Below are positions 13,513 through 25,910 of a stretch of DNA of 64,000 nucleotides, piece by piece. The stretch spans positions 22,849 to 86,848 of the forward strand of contig JAGXAM010000011.1 in the NCBI GenBank assembly GCA_019075905.1, given 5' to 3'. This DNA is from Hyphomicrobiales bacterium. Its GTDB lineage: Bacteria > Pseudomonadota > Alphaproteobacteria > Rhizobiales > Beijerinckiaceae. Each line of letters begins with the position of its first letter. Position 1 is the first letter of the stretch. The translations under genes and the position numbers were made by a program. The notes beneath the pieces are model-generated. The model saw only the letters and a list, made by a program, of their open reading frames with translations, was not told the origin of the DNA and did not search any database.

Positions 13513-13962
13513 TCACGCTTCGGGCTGGGATAGCACCTTGCCTAGCTGGCGGGATAGTTTGCGGGCGCTGTCCTCGCCCAGATGTGCGCCCATATCCTGC
13601 ATCAGCACGCGCACATAGATGCCATACATCTCTTTCTGGCGTTTGAGGCCGGTCGCGGTCAGCACGATCCAGTGGCCGCGCTTGTCATCGCAGGGCGCGC
13701 GCGCCACCAGCCCGGCATCGACCATGCGGTCCAGCAGGCGCGACAGATTATATTGGGCCATATTCAGCACGCCCACCATCTCCACCGGGCGCAGGCGATG
13801 GCCGGGCGCATGCGCAAGCTCGATCAGCACATCATGCCAGACCAGCGGCGGCAGGCCGGCGGCCTTGAAGGCGGCCTCGAGCGCCAGCGTCACCTGTTGA
13901 TGCACCCGCATCAGCCTCGTCCAGGCACGCAACAATTGTTGGGGAATATCCGCGTCGCTCAT
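13513..13962 (-). CDS. MarR-family transcriptional regulator
   Basis: 149 aa. Winged-HTH region with LNMAQYNLSRLLDRMVDAGLVARAPCDDKRGHWIVLTATG is typical of MarR. Confidence 0.85.
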   Translation of the reverse strand: MSDADIPQQLLRAWTRLMRVHQQVTLALEAAFKAAGLPPLVWHDVLIELAHAPGHRLRPVEMVGVLNMAQYNLSRLLDRMVDAGLVARAPCDDKRGHWIVLTATGLKRQKEMYGIYVRVLMQDMGAHLGEDSARKLSRQLGKVLSQPEA

Positions 13963-14019
13963 GCGCCGAAACTAGCCTGTCGCCGGGTCTTTGCCTAGAG
14001 CGATTCGCCCCGGCGGGGG

Positions 14020-14029
14020 AATTGCAATT
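14020..14029. promoter_or_regulatory. perfect 10-bp palindrome AATTGCAATT in the marR/trpS divergent intergenic region (candidate operator)
   Basis: Read directly from the sequence. No binding data. Confidence 0.2.
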
Positions 14030-14085
14030 GCCGCAGGGCTGGTTTAGGCGGGCGCAACCTCATTCGGGCACAGGGCGGTTCAGGC

Positions 14086-15126
14086 ATGGCGGATTTTCAG
14101 CCTTTGGTATTTTCCGGCGTGCAGCCAACCGGCAATCTCCACCTTGGCAATTATCTCGGCGCCCTGAAGCGATTCGTGGCGCTGCAGGCCACCCACCGCT
14201 GCATTTATTGCGTGGTCGACCTGCATGCCATCACCAACACCCTGCCGGAGAGCCCGCAGGCGCTGCGTGCCGCCACCCGCGAGGTCGCCGCCGCCTTCAT
14301 CGCCTGCGGCATTGATCCGCAAGCCAATATCGTCTTCAACCAGAGCCAGGTCAGCGGCCATGCCGAACTCGCCTGGGTGTTCAATTGCGTCGCCCGCATG
14401 GGCTGGCTGTCGCGCATGACTCAGTTCAAGGACAAGGCCGGCAAGGACCGCGAGAATGCCTCTGTCGGCCTGTTCGATTATCCGGCGCTGATGGCGGCGG
14501 ATATTCTGGTCTACCGCGCCACCCATGTGCCGGTCGGCGATGACCAGAAGCAGCATCTCGAGCTCGCGCGCGACATTGCCCAGAAATTCAATGTCGATTT
14601 TGCCGCTGCGATCAAGGCCGAAGGCCATGGCGAGGCCTATTTCCCGCTGCCCGAACCGTTGATCCAGGGCCCGGCGACGCGGGTCATGAGCCTCCGCGAG
14701 GGCAAGAAGAAAATGTCGAAATCCGACGCCTCCGACAATTCGCGCATCAACCTGAGTGACAGCACCGACCAGATCGCCCAGAAAGTGCGCCGCGCCCGCA
14801 CTGATGCCGATAATCTGCCGACCGAAATCGCCGGGCTGGCAGCGCGCCCCGAGGCGGACAATCTGGTCGGGATCTACGCGGCGCTGGCCGATGTCACCAA
14901 GCCGGACGTGCTGCGCCAGTTCGGCAATGGCCAGTTTTCCACCTTCAAGGCGGCGCTGGCCGATCTCGCCATCGCCAAGCTCGGGCCGATTGCCGCCGAA
15001 ATGCGCCGCCTCAATGCCGACCAGGCCTATATCGACGGGGTCTTGCGCGACGGGGCGAATCGCGCCCGCGCCCTCGCCACGCCGACGATTGACCAGGTGA
15101 AGGATATTGTCGGCTTTTTGCGTTGA
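14086..15126 (+). CDS. trpS: tryptophan--tRNA ligase
   Basis: 346 aa. Class I motifs are present: [15 protein letters not shown] (HIGH-type) and KMSKS. Confidence 0.97.
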   Translation: MADFQPLVFSGVQPTGNLHLGNYLGALKRFVALQATHRCIYCVVDLHAITNTLPESPQALRAATREVAAAFIACGIDPQANIVFNQSQVSGHAELAWVFNCVARMGWLSRMTQFKDKAGKDRENASVGLFDYPALMAADILVYRATHVPVGDDQKQHLELARDIAQKFNVDFAAAIKAEGHGEAYFPLPEPLIQGPATRVMSLREGKKKMSKSDASDNSRINLSDSTDQIAQKVRRARTDADNLPTEIAGLAARPEADNLVGIYAALADVTKPDVLRQFGNGQFSTFKAALADLAIAKLGPIAAEMRRLNADQAYIDGVLRDGANRARALATPTIDQVKDIVGFLR

Positions 15127-15239
15127 GGCGTTGACGCCCTTGCACCGGCGCAGTTGCCGGGCGGCCAGCGAGTGATTATGTAAGGCGCAGCAATCCAGCA
15201 GCCCCGGCCTTGAACCGGGCGCACCGGAGTGAAGTCGTC

Positions 15240-15797
15240 ATGTTCATCCAGACCGAGCCTACCCCCAATCCCGCAACCCTGAAGTTTCTGCCGGGCCGCA
15301 CCGTGCTGGAAAGCGGCACGCTCGACATGCAAACGCCGGAAAGTGCCGAGGCCTCGCCGCTGGCGAAGGCGCTGTTCGCGGTTGAAGGTGTCAGCGCCGT
15401 ATTTTACGGGCAGGATTTCATCGCGGTTTCCAAATCTTCCGGCGAATGGGCGCATCTGAAGCCAGCCATTCTCGGCGCGATCATGGAGCATTATGTGGTA
15501 GGCGAGCCGCTGCTGGCCCATAGTGAAGCCGCCACCGACAAGGCCGAAATTTTCTATGATGCTAAAGACGCCGAAACGGTCGAGAGCATCAAGGAACTGC
15601 TCGAAACGCGCGTGCGCCCGGCGGTTGCCGGCGATGGCGGCGACATCACCTTCCGCGGCTACCGCGACGGCACCGTCTACCTCGCCATGAAGGGCGCCTG
15701 CTCGGGCTGCCCCTCCTCGACCGCGACGCTGAAACACGGCATCGAGAACCTGTTCAAGCACTTTCTGCCGCAGGTGCAGTCGGTCGAACAGATCTAG
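15240..15797 (+). CDS. NifU-family Fe-S cluster assembly protein (Nfu_N + NifU C-terminal domain)
   Basis: Start taken at MFIQTEPTPNPATLKFLPG. C-terminal CxxC motif GACSGCPSS. Confidence 0.85.
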   Translation: MFIQTEPTPNPATLKFLPGRTVLESGTLDMQTPESAEASPLAKALFAVEGVSAVFYGQDFIAVSKSSGEWAHLKPAILGAIMEHYVVGEPLLAHSEAATDKAEIFYDAKDAETVESIKELLETRVRPAVAGDGGDITFRGYRDGTVYLAMKGACSGCPSSTATLKHGIENLFKHFLPQVQSVEQI

Positions 15798-15845
15798 GCC
15801 CCCTAACACAACCCTCTCCGCTTTTCCTCCAACGAGATTTCCATC

Positions 15846-16430
15846 ATGAAGCTTGCTGACTCTGCGCTTGACCAGTTGTTTCTGACCGCCCGCACCCACA
15901 ATGCCTGGCAGGACAAGGACGTGCCCGATGCGCTGCTGCGCGAACTGGCCGATCTGCTGAAAATGGGCCCTACAAGTGCCAATTCATCGCCCGCCCGCTT
16001 CGTCTTCGTGAAATCGAAGGAAGGCAAGGCGCGGCTGATGCCGCATCTCTCCGAAGGCAACCGCGCCAAGACACTTGCAGCGCCGGTCTGCGCCATCATC
16101 GGCTATGACACCGAGTTTTACGAGAAGCTGCCGCAATTGTTTCCCCATGCCGATGCCCGCTCGTGGTTCGTCGGCAAGCCCGCCCATATCGAAACCACCG
16201 CTTTCCGCAATTCATCATTGCAGGGCGCCTATCTGATTCTCGCCGCCCGCGCGCTCGGTCTCGATACCGGCGGCATGTCCGGCTTCGACAATGCCGGCGT
16301 TGACCGGGAATTTTTCCCCGACGGCAAGATCAAGTCGAATTTTCTGTGCAATCTCGGCTATGGCGACCCCAAGGGCCTGTTCGGACGCAGCCCGCGCTTT
16401 GCTTTCGATGAGTTCTGCAAGATCGTCTGA
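15846..16430 (+). CDS. nitroreductase-family malonic semialdehyde reductase (RutE-like)
   Basis: Aligns along its whole length with E. coli RutE ([66 protein letters not shown]). It is not in a rut operon here. Confidence 0.8.
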   Translation: MKLADSALDQLFLTARTHNAWQDKDVPDALLRELADLLKMGPTSANSSPARFVFVKSKEGKARLMPHLSEGNRAKTLAAPVCAIIGYDTEFYEKLPQLFPHADARSWFVGKPAHIETTAFRNSSLQGAYLILAARALGLDTGGMSGFDNAGVDREFFPDGKIKSNFLCNLGYGDPKGLFGRSPRFAFDEFCKIV

Positions 16431-16478
16431 TCACCGCACCGGCTTGATTGGTGCCGCAAATGCCCGCATGGTGAAATC

Positions 16479-17159
16479 ATGAAGATTCTCGCCATAGATA
16501 CAGCACTTGGGGCCTGTTCAGCCTGCGTTTATGAATCCACCACTGGTCAGCTGCTTGGCTTCGAAACCCTGGCCATGCAGCGCGGCCATGCCGAGGCCTT
16601 GCCGGGCCTGGTCGGGAAGATCCGCGACCAGTTGCTGCCAGGCCTCGACCAGGTGGAGCGCGTGGCCGTCACGGTCGGCCCCGGCTCCTTCACCGGCATC
16701 CGCGTCGGCATTGCTGCGGCGCGGGCGCTGGGTCTCGCCCTCGATGTGCCGGTCGTGGGGGTTTCCACCCTTTCGGCCTTTGCCGCCCCCCTGCTCGGCG
16801 ACGAATCACGCGCGGCCGTCGCGGCGGCGATCGATGCCCGGCACGGCGCCATCTATGTGATGATGATTTCGGCCAGCGGTGCGATGCAGGTGACGCCGCG
16901 CCTGCTCAAGATCGACCAGGCCGCGTTGCAGCTGCCGAGCGGCACCCTGCGCATTTGCGGCTCGGGAGCCGCCTTGCTCGCGGCCGCCGCCCGCCAGCGC
17001 GGGCTTTCCTGCGATATGAGCGGCGCCCTCGATGCGCCCGACATCAGCTATGTCGCGCGGCTCGGCGCGCTCGCCGATCCCGCCTCCGCACCGCCCGATC
17101 CGCTCTATCTCAAGGCCCCCGATGTCACGCCGCCCGGCCGGGCTGCGGCCGCGTCATGA
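16479..17159 (+). CDS. tsaB: tRNA t6A37 biosynthesis protein TsaB
   Basis: MKILAIDTA.., VGPGSFTGIRVGIAAARAL. The stop overlaps the rimI start (ATGA). Confidence 0.9.
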   Translation: MKILAIDTALGACSACVYESTTGQLLGFETLAMQRGHAEALPGLVGKIRDQLLPGLDQVERVAVTVGPGSFTGIRVGIAAARALGLALDVPVVGVSTLSAFAAPLLGDESRAAVAAAIDARHGAIYVMMISASGAMQVTPRLLKIDQAALQLPSGTLRICGSGAALLAAAARQRGLSCDMSGALDAPDISYVARLGALADPASAPPDPLYLKAPDVTPPGRAAAAS

Positions 17160-17656
17160 GCCTGCTGCCGGAGTCCATCAGCCGCATCTGGCGGGCCGCG
17201 CCGCCCGAACTGCGCTGGCTGCGCCCGCAGGACGCAGCCGCCTGCGCCCGCCTGCACGCCGCGAGCTTTCTTCATGGCTGGCAGGCCGGCGATTTTGAAG
17301 CCTATGCCAGGGATGAGGGCTGCTGTGCCCTTGGCGCTTTCGCCGGCGCCAAAATGCTGGTGGGCGCCAGCATCGCCCGGCGCAGCGGCGCTGAGGCCGA
17401 GATTTTGACCATCATGGTCGATCCCGCCTGGCGTGGCCAGAACATAGCCCGCCAGCTCATGGAACGCACGCTGGCCGAACTGGCCGCCCAAGGCGTCAGC
17501 AAGGTGTTTCTTGAGGTTGAACACGACAATCTCGCCGCCTGCGCCTTGTACCGGCGGCTGGCATTCGCGGACATCGCCCGCCGCCAGGCCTATTATGCCC
17601 GGGCCGACGGCACGCGGGCCGAAGCCATTGTGATGCGTCGCGATCTGGCAAATTGA
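17156..17656 (+). CDS. rimI: ribosomal-protein-alanine N-acetyltransferase (GNAT)
   Basis: ATG at 17156 overlaps the tsaB stop. GNAT motif VDPAWRGQNIARQLM. The 16955 start in the ORF track lies inside tsaB and was rejected. Confidence 0.85.
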   Translation: MSLLPESISRIWRAAPPELRWLRPQDAAACARLHAASFLHGWQAGDFEAYARDEGCCALGAFAGAKMLVGASIARRSGAEAEILTIMVDPAWRGQNIARQLMERTLAELAAQGVSKVFLEVEHDNLAACALYRRLAFADIARRQAYYARADGTRAEAIVMRRDLAN

Positions 17657-17741
17657 ACAGTGGCCAGAATCGACAGCCGGTTTCCGAAGCCTCGAAACTG
17701 GCCTATGATAGCTTGCAACAAGGAGCGCCGTAACTCATCCC

Positions 17742-19157
17742 ATGACTGCAGCAACGCCCACAATGCCGCCCAGCCTGCCCGATGATGCGCCCCAGCAGCG
17801 ACGCAAGTTGTTCATCAAGTCGTTCGGCTGCCAGATGAATGCCTATGACGCCCAGCGCATGGCCGACATGCTGCGCCCCGAGGGCTATGAGCAGGCGCAA
17901 TCGGTGCAGGATGCTGACCTGATCGTGCTGAACACCTGCCACATCCGCGAAAAGGCGACCGAGAAGGTCTATTCGGAGCTCGGCATGCTGCGCGAGATGA
18001 AGGACCAGCGCAGCGCCACCGCCAACCCCTTGCGGGTGGCTGTCGCCGGCTGCGTCGCCCAGGCCGAGGGGGCCGAGATTTTCCGCCGCACCGATCTCGT
18101 CGATCTGGTGGTCGGGCCGCAAAGCTACCATCACCTGCCGCAGCAATTGCGCGATGTCGCGCGCGGCCAGCGGGTAATCGAGACCGAATTTCCTGTTGAT
18201 GACAAATTCGCCCACCTCGTCACCCCGCAGGCCGATGTCATTGCCCGGCGCGGCCTGTCGGCCTTTGTCACGGTGCAGGAGGGCTGCGACAAGTTCTGCA
18301 GCTTCTGCGTCGTGCCCTATACCCGTGGCATGGAGGTCTCGCGCCCGATCGAAGCCATCATCGCCGAGGTCGAGCGTCTGGCGCAGCACGGTGTGCGCGA
18401 GATCACGCTGCTCGGACAGAATGTCAACGCCTGGCATGGCCTTGCCGCTGGCGGGAACAACATCGGCCTGGCCGGGCTGATGGCGCGGCTGGCAGAAATT
18501 CCCGGAATTTTGCGGCTGCGCTACACCACCAGCCATCCCCTCGACATGGATGACGATCTGATCGCCGCCCATCGCGACCTGCCGCAACTCATGCCTTTCC
18601 TGCATCTGCCGGTGCAAGCGGGTTCCGATGCCATTCTCAAGGCGATGAACCGGCGCCACACGGCCGCGCATTACCTTGATCTGGTGGCGCGCCTGCGTGC
18701 CGCCCGGCCCGACATCGCCCTTTCGAGCGATTTTATCGTCGGCTTTCCTGGCGAGACCGAGGCTGATTTTGCCGCCACGCTGGCGCTGGCCGAGGCCGTG
18801 CAATTCGCCAGCACCTTCTTCTTCAAATATTCCGCCCGCCCCGGAACGCCGGGAGCCGACCTTCCCGGTCAGGTGCCGGAGGAGGTGAAAATCGAGCGGC
18901 TGGCACGCCTGCAAGCCCTGGTCGAGGCACAGCGCCACGCCTTCAACGAATCGATGATCGGCAAGACCCTGCCGGTGCTGTTCGAAAAGCCGGGTCGCCA
19001 TCCCGGCCAGATCACCGGCAAATCGCCCTATTTGCAGCCGGTTCATGTGGAAGCTCCGGCGTCAGCCATCGGCCATGAGCTCGATGTCATGATAACGTCA
19101 ACCAGCACCAATTCACTGTTTGGCCACAGGGCGGCGCCTTTGACGCTGCCGGAATGA
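17742..19157 (+). CDS. miaB: tRNA-2-methylthio-N6-dimethylallyladenosine synthase
   Basis: UPF0004 cysteines (FGCQMN, NTCHIRE, GCVAQ), radical-SAM CDKFCSFC, and a TRAM-like C-terminus. Confidence 0.95.
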   Translation: MTAATPTMPPSLPDDAPQQRRKLFIKSFGCQMNAYDAQRMADMLRPEGYEQAQSVQDADLIVLNTCHIREKATEKVYSELGMLREMKDQRSATANPLRVAVAGCVAQAEGAEIFRRTDLVDLVVGPQSYHHLPQQLRDVARGQRVIETEFPVDDKFAHLVTPQADVIARRGLSAFVTVQEGCDKFCSFCVVPYTRGMEVSRPIEAIIAEVERLAQHGVREITLLGQNVNAWHGLAAGGNNIGLAGLMARLAEIPGILRLRYTTSHPLDMDDDLIAAHRDLPQLMPFLHLPVQAGSDAILKAMNRRHTAAHYLDLVARLRAARPDIALSSDFIVGFPGETEADFAATLALAEAVQFASTFFFKYSARPGTPGADLPGQVPEEVKIERLARLQALVEAQRHAFNESMIGKTLPVLFEKPGRHPGQITGKSPYLQPVHVEAPASAIGHELDVMITSTSTNSLFGHRAAPLTLPE

Positions 19158-19163
19158 GGGAGA

Positions 19164-20234
19164 ATGCCATTGAAGCCGTCTGAAACCGTCCTGAGCGCGA
19201 AGCCTGTGGCCAAGCAACCGCGTAACGAGACGTTGGACGGAGCAGAACGCGGCGAGGTCAGCATCGCCTTCGAGGACAACAAGCTGGCGGCGCTGGTCTT
19301 TGGACAGTATGACCAGAATCTGGCGCGCATCGAGCGGCGGCTTTCGGTCACGGCCAGCGCCAATGGCAACCGCGTCACCATCAAGGGCCCGCTCGAATCG
19401 TGCGGCCATGCCCGGCGCGTCCTCGAAAATCTCTATGCAAGGGCCCAGCAGGGCCTGCCCATGACCCAGGGCGAGGTTGACGGCGCCATTCAGGAATCAG
19501 CCCTGCAAGGCACGCTCTTCCCGAAGGATGCCGAGGTCAAGACCAACGGCTTTGCCCAGTTTTCGACGCGCAAGCGCGGCCCGGTGCGCGCCCGCAATGC
19601 CGCGCAGGATTATTACATCCAGCAATTGCGGCTCCACGAACTCACCCTGGCCGAGGGCCCGGCCGGCACCGGCAAGACTTGGCTTGCGGTCGGCTATGCC
19701 GTGAGCCTGCTCGAACAGGGACTGGTCGAGCGGCTGATCTTGTCGCGCCCGGCGGTGGAAGCGGGCGAGCGGCTGGGATTTCTGCCCGGTGACATGCGCG
19801 ACAAGGTCGATCCCTATCTGCGCCCGGTCTATGATGCCCTGAACGATTTCATGGAATCGCGCCTCGTCGAGCGCGGCATGCAGACTGGCATGATCGAGGT
19901 CGCGCCGCTGGCTTTCATGCGCGGGCGCACCCTCAGCAATGCCGTGGTCCTGCTCGATGAGGCCCAGAACGCCACATCCATGCAAATGAAGATGTTCCTG
20001 ACCCGGCTCGGCGAAAATTCGCGCATGATCGTCACCGGCGATCCCAGCCAGACCGACCTGCCGCCCGGCCAGAAATCCGGCCTCAGCGAGGCGGTGTCCT
20101 TGTTGCGCGGGCTCGAAGGCGTGGGCCATGTCGCCTTTTCCGAGGGCGATGTCGTTCGTCATGATCTGGTGCGCCGGATCGTCGGGGCCTATGAGGCCTC
20201 GGCCCGGCGCGCCCTGACCGGGCCGGCACGATGA
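19164..20234 (+). CDS. PhoH-family ATPase (YbeZ-like)
   Basis: Walker A GPAGTGKTWLAV, LDEAQN, GDPSQTDL. Conserved miaB-phoH-ybeY-corC-lnt order. Confidence 0.9.
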   Translation: MPLKPSETVLSAKPVAKQPRNETLDGAERGEVSIAFEDNKLAALVFGQYDQNLARIERRLSVTASANGNRVTIKGPLESCGHARRVLENLYARAQQGLPMTQGEVDGAIQESALQGTLFPKDAEVKTNGFAQFSTRKRGPVRARNAAQDYYIQQLRLHELTLAEGPAGTGKTWLAVGYAVSLLEQGLVERLILSRPAVEAGERLGFLPGDMRDKVDPYLRPVYDALNDFMESRLVERGMQTGMIEVAPLAFMRGRTLSNAVVLLDEAQNATSMQMKMFLTRLGENSRMIVTGDPSQTDLPPGQKSGLSEAVSLLRGLEGVGHVAFSEGDVVRHDLVRRIVGAYEASARRALTGPAR

Positions 20235-20728
20235 GCCTGAGCATCGACATCAATATCGAAGCCGGGGCCTGGGACGACCTTGCCGACGCCCCCGCGCTGA
20301 TCGAGGCGGCGCTGGCCGCTGCCGCCACCACCGCGCGGCGGCGCTTTGCCAAAAATACCGAAGTCAGCGTGCTCTTGACCGATGATGCCGCTGTGCGCAG
20401 CCTCAACCACGCCTGGCGCGCCCAGGACAAGCCGACCAATGTGCTGTCCTTTCCCGCCCGCCCGATCGCCGGACAGCCGCCACATCTGGGCGATATTGCG
20501 CTGGCCTATGAAACCACCATGCGCGAGGCCAAAAGCGAAGGCAAAAGCCCGGGTGACCACGTCAGCCACCTTGCTGTGCACGGCTTTTTGCATCTTCTCG
20601 GCTATGATCACGAGACGCCGGATGAAGCAGAAGCCATGGAAGCGCTGGAGCGGGCGGCCCTCGCGCGCCTCGGCATTGCCGATCCCTATGAAGGCTCCGA
20701 ACCGGCTGCCACGGGCCATGCGCCATGA
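20231..20728 (+). CDS. ybeY: rRNA maturation endoribonuclease YbeY
   Basis: Zn-binding motif HLAVHGFLHLLGYDH. Confidence 0.93.
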   Translation: MSLSIDINIEAGAWDDLADAPALIEAALAAAATTARRRFAKNTEVSVLLTDDAAVRSLNHAWRAQDKPTNVLSFPARPIAGQPPHLGDIALAYETTMREAKSEGKSPGDHVSHLAVHGFLHLLGYDHETPDEAEAMEALERAALARLGIADPYEGSEPAATGHAP

Positions 20729-21618
20729 GCGACGATGCCAATGAAACCGGCGCGCCGCGGCTGATCGACCGCCTGCGCAGCCTGTTTGGACTTGGCGGCG
20801 CCTCGGTGCGCGACGATATCGAGGACGCCCTCGAAGGCAAGGCCACCGCCTCGGAATTTTCCGCCGAGGAGCGCAGCCTGCTCAAGAATGTGCTCGGCCT
20901 GCACGAGGTGCGGGTCGGGGACATCATGGTGCCGCGCTCGGACATCATTGCCCTCAGCATGGACGATACCCTGGCCGAGGCTCTGGAAGCCTTCCGTGTC
21001 GCGGGCCATTCGCGCCTGCCGGTGCATGGCGATACGCTCGATGATCCGCGCGGCATGGTCCATATCCGCGATTTGGTCACGCATCTGACCGGCGGCATGA
21101 CCGGACCAGGCCTGCAGGCGACGCTCGGCGAGGTGGCGATCCTGCGCCCGGTGATCTATGCCCCGCCGTCGATGCCGGCGCTCGACCTTTTGAAGAAAAT
21201 GCAGGTGCAGCGCACGCATCTGGCGCTGGTGATCGATGAATATGGCGGCACCGATGGCCTCATCTCCATCGAGGATATTGTCGAGGTGATCGTCGGCGAT
21301 ATCGAGGACGAACATGATGAGGCCGCGCCCGTGCCGGTCGAGGCCGCCGCCGACGGCAGTTTCATAGCCGATGCCCGGGCCGAACTCGATATCGTCACCG
21401 AAGTCACCGGCCATGACCTGCGTGCCCTCGATGAAACCGGCGAGATTGAGACCCTCGGCGGTCTCATTGCCGCTCTGGCCGGCCGCGTGCCGGTGCGCGG
21501 CGAGGTGATCGGCGCCGGCTCGACGGTGGAATTTGAAGTGCTCGACGCCGATCCGCGCCGTTTGAAGCGGGTAAGGCTGCGCTTTCCCGCCGACCGCAAG
21601 GTTATCAACGACCCCTGA
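20725..21618 (+). CDS. corC: CBS-pair + CorC_HlyC domain protein (CorC/YbeX-like)
   Basis: 297 aa. Tandem CBS region followed by the transporter-associated C-terminal domain. Start overlaps the ybeY stop. Confidence 0.85.
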   Translation: MSDDANETGAPRLIDRLRSLFGLGGASVRDDIEDALEGKATASEFSAEERSLLKNVLGLHEVRVGDIMVPRSDIIALSMDDTLAEALEAFRVAGHSRLPVHGDTLDDPRGMVHIRDLVTHLTGGMTGPGLQATLGEVAILRPVIYAPPSMPALDLLKKMQVQRTHLALVIDEYGGTDGLISIEDIVEVIVGDIEDEHDEAAPVPVEAAADGSFIADARAELDIVTEVTGHDLRALDETGEIETLGGLIAALAGRVPVRGEVIGAGSTVEFEVLDADPRRLKRVRLRFPADRKVINDP

Positions 21619-21685
21619 TGGCATTTTGCCGGAGCCCGGCTAAGGTGACGCACCTGATTCGCGCGCGCCATGATCCGAGGCCAAT

Positions 21686-23299
21686 ATGCAGGCACTTGCC
21701 CAGAGAATAATGCTGTCCAGCGGCTGGAACCGGCGCCTCATCGCGTTTTTTGCTGGCGCCGCCGGTGCCCTGGCCATGGCGCCTTTGTTCATTCTGCCCG
21801 GCCTCGTTGTCACTATGGTGACGGCGACCTGGTTGCTCGACGGTGCCGGCCAGAGCCAGGGAGCGAGAGCCGGGAGTGCCTTGTCACGCGGCGGCTGGCG
21901 CATGGCATTTACCGATGGCTGGTGGCTGGGCTTTGGTTATTTTGTCGCCGGCCTGTGGTGGCTGGGCGCTGCCTTTCTGGTGCAGGCCGCGCAATTTGCC
22001 TGGGCCCTGCCGCTCGGCGTCCTCGCCCTGCCCGCCGGCCTTGCGCTGTTCACGGCCTTTGGATTTGTCGTGGCCCGCGCCCTATGGATGCCCGGTGCCG
22101 GACGTATCCTCGCCCTCGCGACCGCCCTCACCCTCTCCGAATGGCTGCGCGGCCACGTGCTGACCGGCTTTCCATGGAATGATTTCGGCATGGGCTTTGG
22201 CGGCATATTATGGCTGGCCCAGCCTGCCGCCATTTTCGGACTTTATGGCCTGACGCCGCTGGTGATCGCCATTTGCGCCAGCCCGGCAACCCTGATCGAC
22301 GGCACGCGACGCGCTTGGCTGGCGCCGGTGACCGCCCTTGTGGCATTGGCGCTGATTGCCGGAATTGGCGCGCTAAGGTTGAATTTCGGCCATGTCGGCA
22401 ATGTCGCCCATGTCCGTTTGCGGCTTGTGCAACCCGACCAACCCAATGACGCGAGTTTTTCGGCTGAAAACAGCAACAAGATCCTGGGCAATTATCTCAA
22501 GCTCTCGGATGAGGCGATCTCGCCCGGCCATAGCGGCCTCGTCGATGAAACCGACGTCATCTGGCCCGAATCACCCTTTCCGTTCATCTTGTCGCGCGAC
22601 GCTGCCGCGCTGTCGCGCATCGGTGCCACCCTGCCGCTCGGCACCACGCTGATCACCGGCGCGGCGCGGCTCGGCACCGCCAGCAGCGCGAGCGGTCGCC
22701 ATGCCGTCTATAATTCCATGCAGGTCATTGGTCATGGTGGCGTCATTCTCGACACCTATGACAAGGTGCATCTGGTGCCCTTCGGCGAATATCTGCCCTT
22801 TGCCTCCCTGCTCGACCATATTGGCCTGCGCCAGTTCGCCCATTCCTCCTTCACGGCCGGCCACAGCCACCGGATGCTGCATGTGCCAGGACTACCCCCG
22901 GTTGCACCCCTGATCTGTTATGAGGCGATATTCTCCGGCGCCGTAACCCCAGCTGAATTTCGCAGCGGCGAGCCGCGCCCCGGCCTGCTGCTCAACATCA
23001 CCGATGATTCGTGGTTCGGCCAAACTGCTGGTCCATCTCAACATTTGGCGCAGGCGCGGCTGCGCGCCATCGAGGAGGGCCTGCCGCTGGTGCGCGATGC
23101 CGACAGCGGCATTTCTGCAGTCATCGATCCATTTGGCCGCATTATTTCAGAACTTCCTTTGGGAGAACGCGGCGTCCTCGATGCGCGCCTGCCGCTGGCA
23201 TTGCCGCCCACCCCGTTTTCCCGACACCCGTTTTGGCTGTCTTTAACCGTCTGGATTATCTCACTTTTTTCCACATTACTTTGGCGGTTCAGGATTTGA
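21686..23299 (+). CDS. lnt: apolipoprotein N-acyltransferase
   Basis: 537 aa with a multi-TM N-terminal half and a CN-hydrolase domain (..YDKVHLVPFGEYLPF.., ..PLICYEAIF..). Confidence 0.92.
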   Translation: MQALAQRIMLSSGWNRRLIAFFAGAAGALAMAPLFILPGLVVTMVTATWLLDGAGQSQGARAGSALSRGGWRMAFTDGWWLGFGYFVAGLWWLGAAFLVQAAQFAWALPLGVLALPAGLALFTAFGFVVARALWMPGAGRILALATALTLSEWLRGHVLTGFPWNDFGMGFGGILWLAQPAAIFGLYGLTPLVIAICASPATLIDGTRRAWLAPVTALVALALIAGIGALRLNFGHVGNVAHVRLRLVQPDQPNDASFSAENSNKILGNYLKLSDEAISPGHSGLVDETDVIWPESPFPFILSRDAAALSRIGATLPLGTTLITGAARLGTASSASGRHAVYNSMQVIGHGGVILDTYDKVHLVPFGEYLPFASLLDHIGLRQFAHSSFTAGHSHRMLHVPGLPPVAPLICYEAIFSGAVTPAEFRSGEPRPGLLLNITDDSWFGQTAGPSQHLAQARLRAIEEGLPLVRDADSGISAVIDPFGRIISELPLGERGVLDARLPLALPPTPFSRHPFWLSLTVWIISLFSTLLWRFRI

Positions 23300-23442
23300 C
23301 TTTACGTCAATTTATTGCTCAATAGGTCACGTGCCGTTGCGTAAGGGTCAAGATGCCCTTATAAGTAGCAACCAGTGAAGACTGGGTCGGCGTGATTTAT
23401 TCAGACTCGTTGCCAAAGCAACCGGGTCGAGGAGCGTGTCCG

Positions 23443-23850
23443 GTGAAAAAAGTTCCAAATCCCATCGACCAGCATGTGGGAAGCCGCGTGCGGATGCGTC
23501 GGGTTTTGCTGGGTCTGAGCCAGGAGAAGCTGGGCGACGCGCTGGGCGTCACCTTCCAGCAAGTGCAAAAATACGAAAAGGGCACCAACAGGATCGGCGC
23601 GAGCCGCCTGCAGCAAATCTCGAATTTCCTCAACGTCGCGCCGTCGTTTTTCTTTGATGGCGCCCGCAGCGAGGGCGATGCCGCACCCGGAATGGCTGAA
23701 GCGCCCGCCTCTGCCTTTACCGGTGAATTTCCCAATTCTTCTGAGGACATAGCGCTGAGCAATGCGTTTGCGCGCATCCGCGACACCAAGGTGCGCAAGC
23801 GTATTGTCGATCTGGTCATGACGCTGGCCGATGAGGCTGTGCATAGCTGA
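23443..23850 (+). CDS. XRE-family helix-turn-helix transcriptional regulator
   Basis: HTH LGLSQEKLGDALGVTFQQVQKYEKGTNRI. I prefer the GTG at 23443 (GAGGAG SD upstream) over the ORF-track ATG at 23392. Confidence 0.8.
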   Translation: MKKVPNPIDQHVGSRVRMRRVLLGLSQEKLGDALGVTFQQVQKYEKGTNRIGASRLQQISNFLNVAPSFFFDGARSEGDAAPGMAEAPASAFTGEFPNSSEDIALSNAFARIRDTKVRKRIVDLVMTLADEAVHS

Positions 23851-24007
23851 AGCCATATATGACGGGCTCCCCGTTCGCTTAAACGAACGTATCGCCACTT
23901 TTCGCTTGACATAACGAACGACCGGGTTAGAACGCGGCCTCCGGGCGCGGACTGGCTGCGCCCTTTTCCGTGGCCATTGGCTGCGGCAAGCGCAGCGGAG
24001 ACTTCAG

Positions 24008-25190
<1,183 letters not shown>

Positions 25191-25198
<8 letters not shown>

Positions 25199-25910
25199 AA
25201 CTGCTGAAGCAGCCGGGCGCGCCACGCTTTTTGGGCGGCGCAAGGGACGCCCCTTGCGTGCCCATCAGCAGCATTTGATGGATCATCTGTTGCCGAAGCT
25301 GACGCTGGATCCAGCCAGCCTCGGCAGCATGCCGCTCACCCGATTTCCGCCCGGCCTGACGCAATTGCGTCTCGAAGTGGGTTTTGGCGGCGGCGAACAT
25401 CTCGCCCACGAGGCGCGGCTTCATCCGCACATCGCCTTCATCGGCTGCGAGCCCTTTGCCAATGGGGTCGCCCGCCTGCTGGTGGATATAGATGCCGGAC
25501 AGCTGACCAATGTCAGAATCTATCCCGACGATGCCGGTGCCATTATCGATGCCCTGCCCGCGGCCTGCCTCGCTGGCGTTGATGTGCTGTTTCCCGATCC
25601 CTGGCCCAAGCGCCGGCAACAGCAGCGCCGCTTCATCAGCGACGCACGGCTCATCGCCCTGGCGCGGGTCATGCAGCAAGGTGCGTCGCTGCGCTTTGCC
25701 ACCGATATTGACGATTACGCCGCCTGGACGCTGGCACGCATCGCCCGCTCGCCGCATTTCCTGTGGCGCGCCACAAGGGCCGATGACTGGCGTCAACCCT
25801 GGCCGGAGTGGCCGGGCACGCGCTATGAAGCCAAGGCCAAAGCCGCCGGCCGCCCCAGCGTCTGGCTGGTGTTCGAGCGCAACGCTGTTCCCGCTACCTC
25901 AATCGCGTGA
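25191..25910 (+). CDS. trmB: tRNA (guanine46-N7)-methyltransferase
   Basis: [21 protein letters not shown]. Overlaps the metK stop by 8 nt and the deoA 3' end by 12 nt (convergent). Confidence 0.9.
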
